Below are positions 60,095 through 64,000 of a DNA stretch of 64,000 nucleotides, piece by piece. Origin of the DNA: an uncultured Nitrospiraceae bacterium (GTDB lineage Bacteria > Nitrospirota > Thermodesulfovibrionia > Thermodesulfovibrionales > SM23-35); assembly GCA_963727775.1 (NCBI GenBank), contig CAVSHB010000002.1, forward strand, positions 480,001 through 544,000, read 5' to 3'. The number at the start of each line of letters is the position of its first letter. The first letter of the stretch is position 1. Position numbers and translations under genes: made by a program. Under the pieces are notes generated by a model. The model made no database searches, had not been told where the DNA came from, and was given only the letters and a program-made list of their open reading frames with translations.

Positions 60095-60523
60095 ATGAGG
60101 ACTCTTTTTGCCAAAAAAGAAGATGTCGACCGGAAGTGGTATTTGGTTGACGCAAAAGATGCTGTCCTTGGACGGCTTTCGGTAAAGATTGCAACTTGCC
60201 TGACAGGTAAGAACAAACCCATATTTACCCCGAACGCGGATACAGGTGATTTCGTTATCGTTATAAACGCAGAAAAAATAAAGTTTACAGGCAAGAAGCT
60301 TGATAACAAGGTTTATTACAGTCATTCGAATTATCCCGGCGGTATAAAGGCTGAAACAGCGAGGGAACGTCTTAGCAGATGCCCGGAAAAGATCATCACG
60401 GACGCCGTATGGGGTATGATTCCGAAGGGCAGGCTCGGCAGAGCGATGATAAAAAAGCTTAAGGTGTACAAGGGAGCTGAACACCCTCATGAAGCTCAGA
60501 AACCGGAAAAACTGTCCGTATAA
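60095..60523 (+). CDS. rplM: 50S ribosomal protein L13
   Basis: WYLVDA...LGRL, GKNKP.FTP..DTGD, HPH.AQKP. Confidence 0.98.
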   Translation: MRTLFAKKEDVDRKWYLVDAKDAVLGRLSVKIATCLTGKNKPIFTPNADTGDFVIVINAEKIKFTGKKLDNKVYYSHSNYPGGIKAETARERLSRCPEKIITDAVWGMIPKGRLGRAMIKKLKVYKGAEHPHEAQKPEKLSV

Positions 60524-60557
60524 ACAAGCGGGCGAGTCTGATAAAAAGGAGTTTTAA

Positions 60558-60950
60558 ATGGTCGAGATTCAATACAATGCAACTGGTAGGAGAAAGACTT
60601 CTATAGCGAGAGTTACAATGACGCCAGGGAACGGGCAGATAACCGTTAACAAGAAACCTGCCGATGACTACTTCCCGAGGGAGACATTGAGGATGGTGAT
60701 ACGCCAGCCGATTGAGCTTGCCGGGATAACCGGTAAATATGATGTTCTTGCGTTAGTAAACGGCGGCGGGCTTACCGGCCAGGCTGAAGCCTTAAGGCAT
60801 GGGATATCACGGGCGATTATTGACATGAACAGCGACCTTCGTTCAAGACTCAAAAAGGAAGGTTTTCTCAGGAGAGACCCGAGGGAAAAAGAAAGAAAGA
60901 AATACGGGCAGAAGGGCGCCCGCAAGAGATTCCAGTTCTCCAAGAGATAA
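60558..60950 (+). CDS. rpsI: 30S ribosomal protein S9
   Basis: TGRRK...ARV, GGG..GQA.A.RHG, ERKKYG..GAR..FQFSKR. Confidence 0.98.
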   Translation: MVEIQYNATGRRKTSIARVTMTPGNGQITVNKKPADDYFPRETLRMVIRQPIELAGITGKYDVLALVNGGGLTGQAEALRHGISRAIIDMNSDLRSRLKKEGFLRRDPREKERKKYGQKGARKRFQFSKR

Positions 60951-60972
60951 AAAATAGTCATTTTTTGTGCCT

Positions 60973-61047
60973 TCATTCCCGCAGTCTTCAGGCGGGGATC
61001 CTCAGTTTCAAAGCCCTGGATGCCCGACTAAGAACCTCGGGCATGAC
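60973..61047. repeat. REP-like paired palindrome
   Basis: tcattcccgc..gcggggatcc ... ggatgcccga..tcgggcatgac. Confidence 0.65.
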
Positions 61048-61118
61048 GAATAAAGAAAGGCAGTCTGCATGCTCTATTTCCCCCGACATCTGCTTGTTCT
61101 TTAAAGTATAATTAAATT

Positions 61119-62159
61119 ATGTTAAAGGTTTTCATATGCGGCGGCAGCGGGTATGCGGGAGGTGAACTACTCCGCATCCTTTCGAATCACCCTGAAGTTG
61201 TTGTCGCAGGAGTCACTTCAGAACGGTCCGCAGGAAAATCCGTAGCCGGGCTTTTTCCCCATCTCAATAAATATTCAAACCTCATTTATGAACACATGCT
61301 CAAAGAAAAGGTCCTCGGAAAAGCCGATCTTTTCTTTATGGCATTGCCGCACGGAGAATCCCAGGAAGCGGTGGATTTCTTTTTCAGGAACGGAAAGACG
61401 GTCATTGACCTTTCTGCCGATTACAGGCTTAGAGCTGCAGACACTTACGAGAAATGGTACAACGTGCCGCACAGGTTTCAGGCGACGCTGAAAAAGGCCG
61501 TCTTCGGCCTGCCCGAAATTTACCGTGGTCGGATTAAAAAGGCGAGGCTGATAGCAAATCCCGGATGTTACCCAACGGGCGCTATTCTCGGACTCATGCC
61601 CGCTGTAAAAAATAATCTTATCGATACCGCCTCTATCGTTATTGATTCGAAATCGGGCACGAGCGGGGCCGGGAGAAAGGCCGATATATCAGTGGCATTC
61701 TGTGAGGTAAACGAAGGGTTCAGGGCATACTCAATCGGCGTACACAGGCATACGCCTGAAATTGAGCAGGAACTGTCTCTCTTATGCGGCAAGGAGATCA
61801 CTGTCAATTTCACCCCTCATCTCTTGCCGGTCGATAGGGGCATATTGACAACCATATACGCCAGGCTCGAAAAGAAGATGTCGGCGGCGGATGTAGAAAA
61901 AATATATCATAATTCGTACAAAAAAGAACCCTTTGTCAGGTTATTGGAGTATGGAAAGTATCCGAATATTAAAAATGTCAGGGGTACAAACTTCTGTGAA
62001 ATCGGTCTGAAATTGAACGAAAGGACGAATACGCTGATTGTAATAACCGCGATTGATAACCTTGTAAAAGGCGCTTCAGGTCAGGCTGTGCATAACATGA
62101 ATATCATGATGGGCTTTGATGAAAAGACGGCTTTGGACGCCCTATCAGTGTTCCCATGA
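61119..62159 (+). CDS. argC: N-acetyl-gamma-glutamyl-phosphate reductase
   Basis: GGSGYAGGEL.R, DLSADYR, ANPGCYPT, HRHTPEI, IDNLVKGASGQA. Confidence 0.97.
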   Translation: MLKVFICGGSGYAGGELLRILSNHPEVVVAGVTSERSAGKSVAGLFPHLNKYSNLIYEHMLKEKVLGKADLFFMALPHGESQEAVDFFFRNGKTVIDLSADYRLRAADTYEKWYNVPHRFQATLKKAVFGLPEIYRGRIKKARLIANPGCYPTGAILGLMPAVKNNLIDTASIVIDSKSGTSGAGRKADISVAFCEVNEGFRAYSIGVHRHTPEIEQELSLLCGKEITVNFTPHLLPVDRGILTTIYARLEKKMSAADVEKIYHNSYKKEPFVRLLEYGKYPNIKNVRGTNFCEIGLKLNERTNTLIVITAIDNLVKGASGQAVHNMNIMMGFDEKTALDALSVFP

Positions 62160-63331
62160 TTCCCAGAGGATTTCTTTTTTCTACTGTAGAGGCCGCGATA
62201 AAAAAACCGGGACGGAAAGACCTTGCACTCATATATTCTGAAGTGGAAGCCAACGCAGCCGGGGCATTTACCACGAATAAGGTCAAGGCCGCGCCTGTCA
62301 AACTCGATATGAAGAAAATGATATCAGGAAAAGGACAGGCGATAATAGTAAACAGCGGAAATGCAAATGCATGCACAGGAAAACAGGGAATGCTGGACGC
62401 AGGTGCAACGGCAGGGCTGACTGCCCGGATACTCGGGATAAAGCCGCATCTCGTTTATACCTGCTCAACAGGTGTTATCGGCACGCCGATGCCCATGGAT
62501 AGAATAAAGCCGAAGATTCCCAAACTGTTGAACGGTCTCGGGCGGTCTACTGTTGAAGATGTCGCTGCTGCGATTATGACGACTGATACGTTCCCCAAGG
62601 TTGTTCGGAAGAGCGTTAGGGTCGGCGGTAAGACAGGGACTGTTACCGGTATCTGTAAAGGCGCCGGCATGATATGCCCTAACATGGCTACGATGCTATG
62701 CTTCGTCATGACGGATATTGCAGTGCATCAAAAAGCGCTGGACAGGGCATTGAAGGATTCGGTCAAAAAGACCTTCAACAGAATTACTATCGATGGAGAT
62801 ATGTCAACCAATGACACTGTGATTATTATGGCAAACGGGCTGCTTGGAAACCCGGAGCTCACGGAAAAATCAGAATCATATGCTGCATTTAGAAATGCAC
62901 TGTATGAAGTTATGTATGAGTTATCAAGGCTGATCGTCAAGGACGGCGAAGGCGCAACCAAGGTTATTGAGATTGAGGTAAAAGGCGCAAGTAATGATTC
63001 GGATGCTGAAAAGGCCGCTTTTGCTGCGGCAAACTCGAATCTTGTTAAAACAGCCGTTTATGGCAATGACGCAAACTGGGGCAGGATAATGGCAGCCATC
63101 GGCTATTCAGGGGTTGAGATCAAAGAAGAAAAGACCGATATCTATTTTGGAAAGGTGAAAGTGGCCAAGGGAGGACTGTCTACAGGCAAAGACAAAGAAG
63201 CAGGCGATGTCTTAAAGGGGAAGCACATAAAGATAGTCGTCGACCTTCACTACGGAAAGGCTTCTGCCAAGGTACTGACCTGTGATATGACGGAAGAATA
63301 TATCAGGATTAACGCGGATTACAGAACTTAG
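62156..63331 (+). CDS. argJ: Bifunctional ornithine acetyltransferase/N-acetylglutamate synthase
   Basis: NSGNANACTG, STGVIG, KGAGMI.PNMATML, DGEGATK, D.NWGR. Confidence 0.97.
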   Translation: MIPRGFLFSTVEAAIKKPGRKDLALIYSEVEANAAGAFTTNKVKAAPVKLDMKKMISGKGQAIIVNSGNANACTGKQGMLDAGATAGLTARILGIKPHLVYTCSTGVIGTPMPMDRIKPKIPKLLNGLGRSTVEDVAAAIMTTDTFPKVVRKSVRVGGKTGTVTGICKGAGMICPNMATMLCFVMTDIAVHQKALDRALKDSVKKTFNRITIDGDMSTNDTVIIMANGLLGNPELTEKSESYAAFRNALYEVMYELSRLIVKDGEGATKVIEIEVKGASNDSDAEKAAFAAANSNLVKTAVYGNDANWGRIMAAIGYSGVEIKEEKTDIYFGKVKVAKGGLSTGKDKEAGDVLKGKHIKIVVDLHYGKASAKVLTCDMTEEYIRINADYRT

Positions 63332-63376
63332 TAAGTTTTTTGCCTGACTATTTTCCTGACAAACGATTTTCCGCTT

Positions 63377-64000
63377 CTACGACAATTCGATAAATTCAAA
63401 TTTTCTGCTGCCCAACCCGAGTCTCTCTGTCTCTTCAACCTGGATATGGTATGGTTTCCCGCTGAGTTTAAAAAGTATGTCGTCTCCTTTTGAGATAAGT
63501 TTCTCGTCGGAAGCGGCCTGCGGCAGGGGTGGCGCTTTCAGCAGAATATCGATACTCGCCTGTTCAATCGCGACGATATCGTCGGATATCAGTATCCCCT
63601 GGTCCTGTATTACAGGCACATCGGCCATAGGCATGCAGTCGCATTCAGGCTGTATCTCGGTAAGGAAATTTATATAGATTACCTTGCGGGGTTTAAATGT
63701 GCTGAGGACCGTCTTTGCCGCCTCTGCCAGTGCCCGCATAAACCTTTCCGGGTCGCCCGGCAATGAAAGCGCCCCCGACTGGCAGACGCGCTCGCACCTG
63801 CCGCATCGCCAGCACTCATTGCTGTCCCACTGCAGTTTCTCATCGACAAATTTGATAACGCCGAGCGGGCATATCTCCATGCACTGATAACAGAGTTCAC
63901 ATTTTTTATCGTCCCAGGACAATATCCCTTCTCCTATCGTATGCATCGAGCCCCTGCCGCATTTCCAGCCGCATTCCCTGTGTCTTGAACTGATTCCCCC
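63377..64000 (-). CDS. DUF362-like Fe-S protein, 5' end outside the window
   Basis: Two CxxCxxCxxxC motifs, PECDC, D.VAI.QAS.D; frame is open to the window end. Confidence 0.8.
   Translation of the reverse strand, partial: GGISSRHRECGWKCGRGSMHTIGEGILSWDDKKCELCYQCMEICPLGVIKFVDEKLQWDSNECWRCGRCERVCQSGALSLPGDPERFMRALAEAAKTVLSTFKPRKVIYINFLTEIQPECDCMPMADVPVIQDQGILISDDIVAIEQASIDILLKAPPLPQAASDEKLISKGDDILFKLSGKPYHIQVEETERLGLGSRKFEFIELS

Overview
Bacterial chromosomal window. Gene order rnhA-yqgE-rplM-rpsI-argC-argJ and the overall style suggest a Nitrospirota/deltaproteobacteria-type diderm (inference). About 59 kb is one cell-surface locus. It holds a WbaP-type initiating transferase, many GT2/GT4 glycosyltransferases (two with coiled-coil spacers), Wzm/Wzt with a C-terminal Wzt_C domain, a GDP-heptose pathway (gmhA, hddC-gmhB, hddA) and up to six GT-C-like polytopic membrane proteins, including TMTC-like and YfhO-like ones. 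It also holds tailoring enzymes (methyltransferases, PIG-L deacetylase, GNAT, radical SAM) and a dispersed type II secretion system (D, C, E, F, H-M, with no G in the window). In the middle is an uncharacterised secreted protein with sigma54 plus two sigma70 promoters and its own terminator, which looks like an S-layer or major surface protein. Best-supported oddities: a 141-bp palindromic element inserted in-frame in a GT-C gene, with a second intergenic copy; a methyltransferase made of three near-identical 858-bp units; an 84-bp-repeat coiled-coil ruler; a candidate structured RNA at about 39.7-39.9 kb; and two sub-60-aa ORFs missed by the ORF track. All function calls come from motif recognition by eye; no searches were run.
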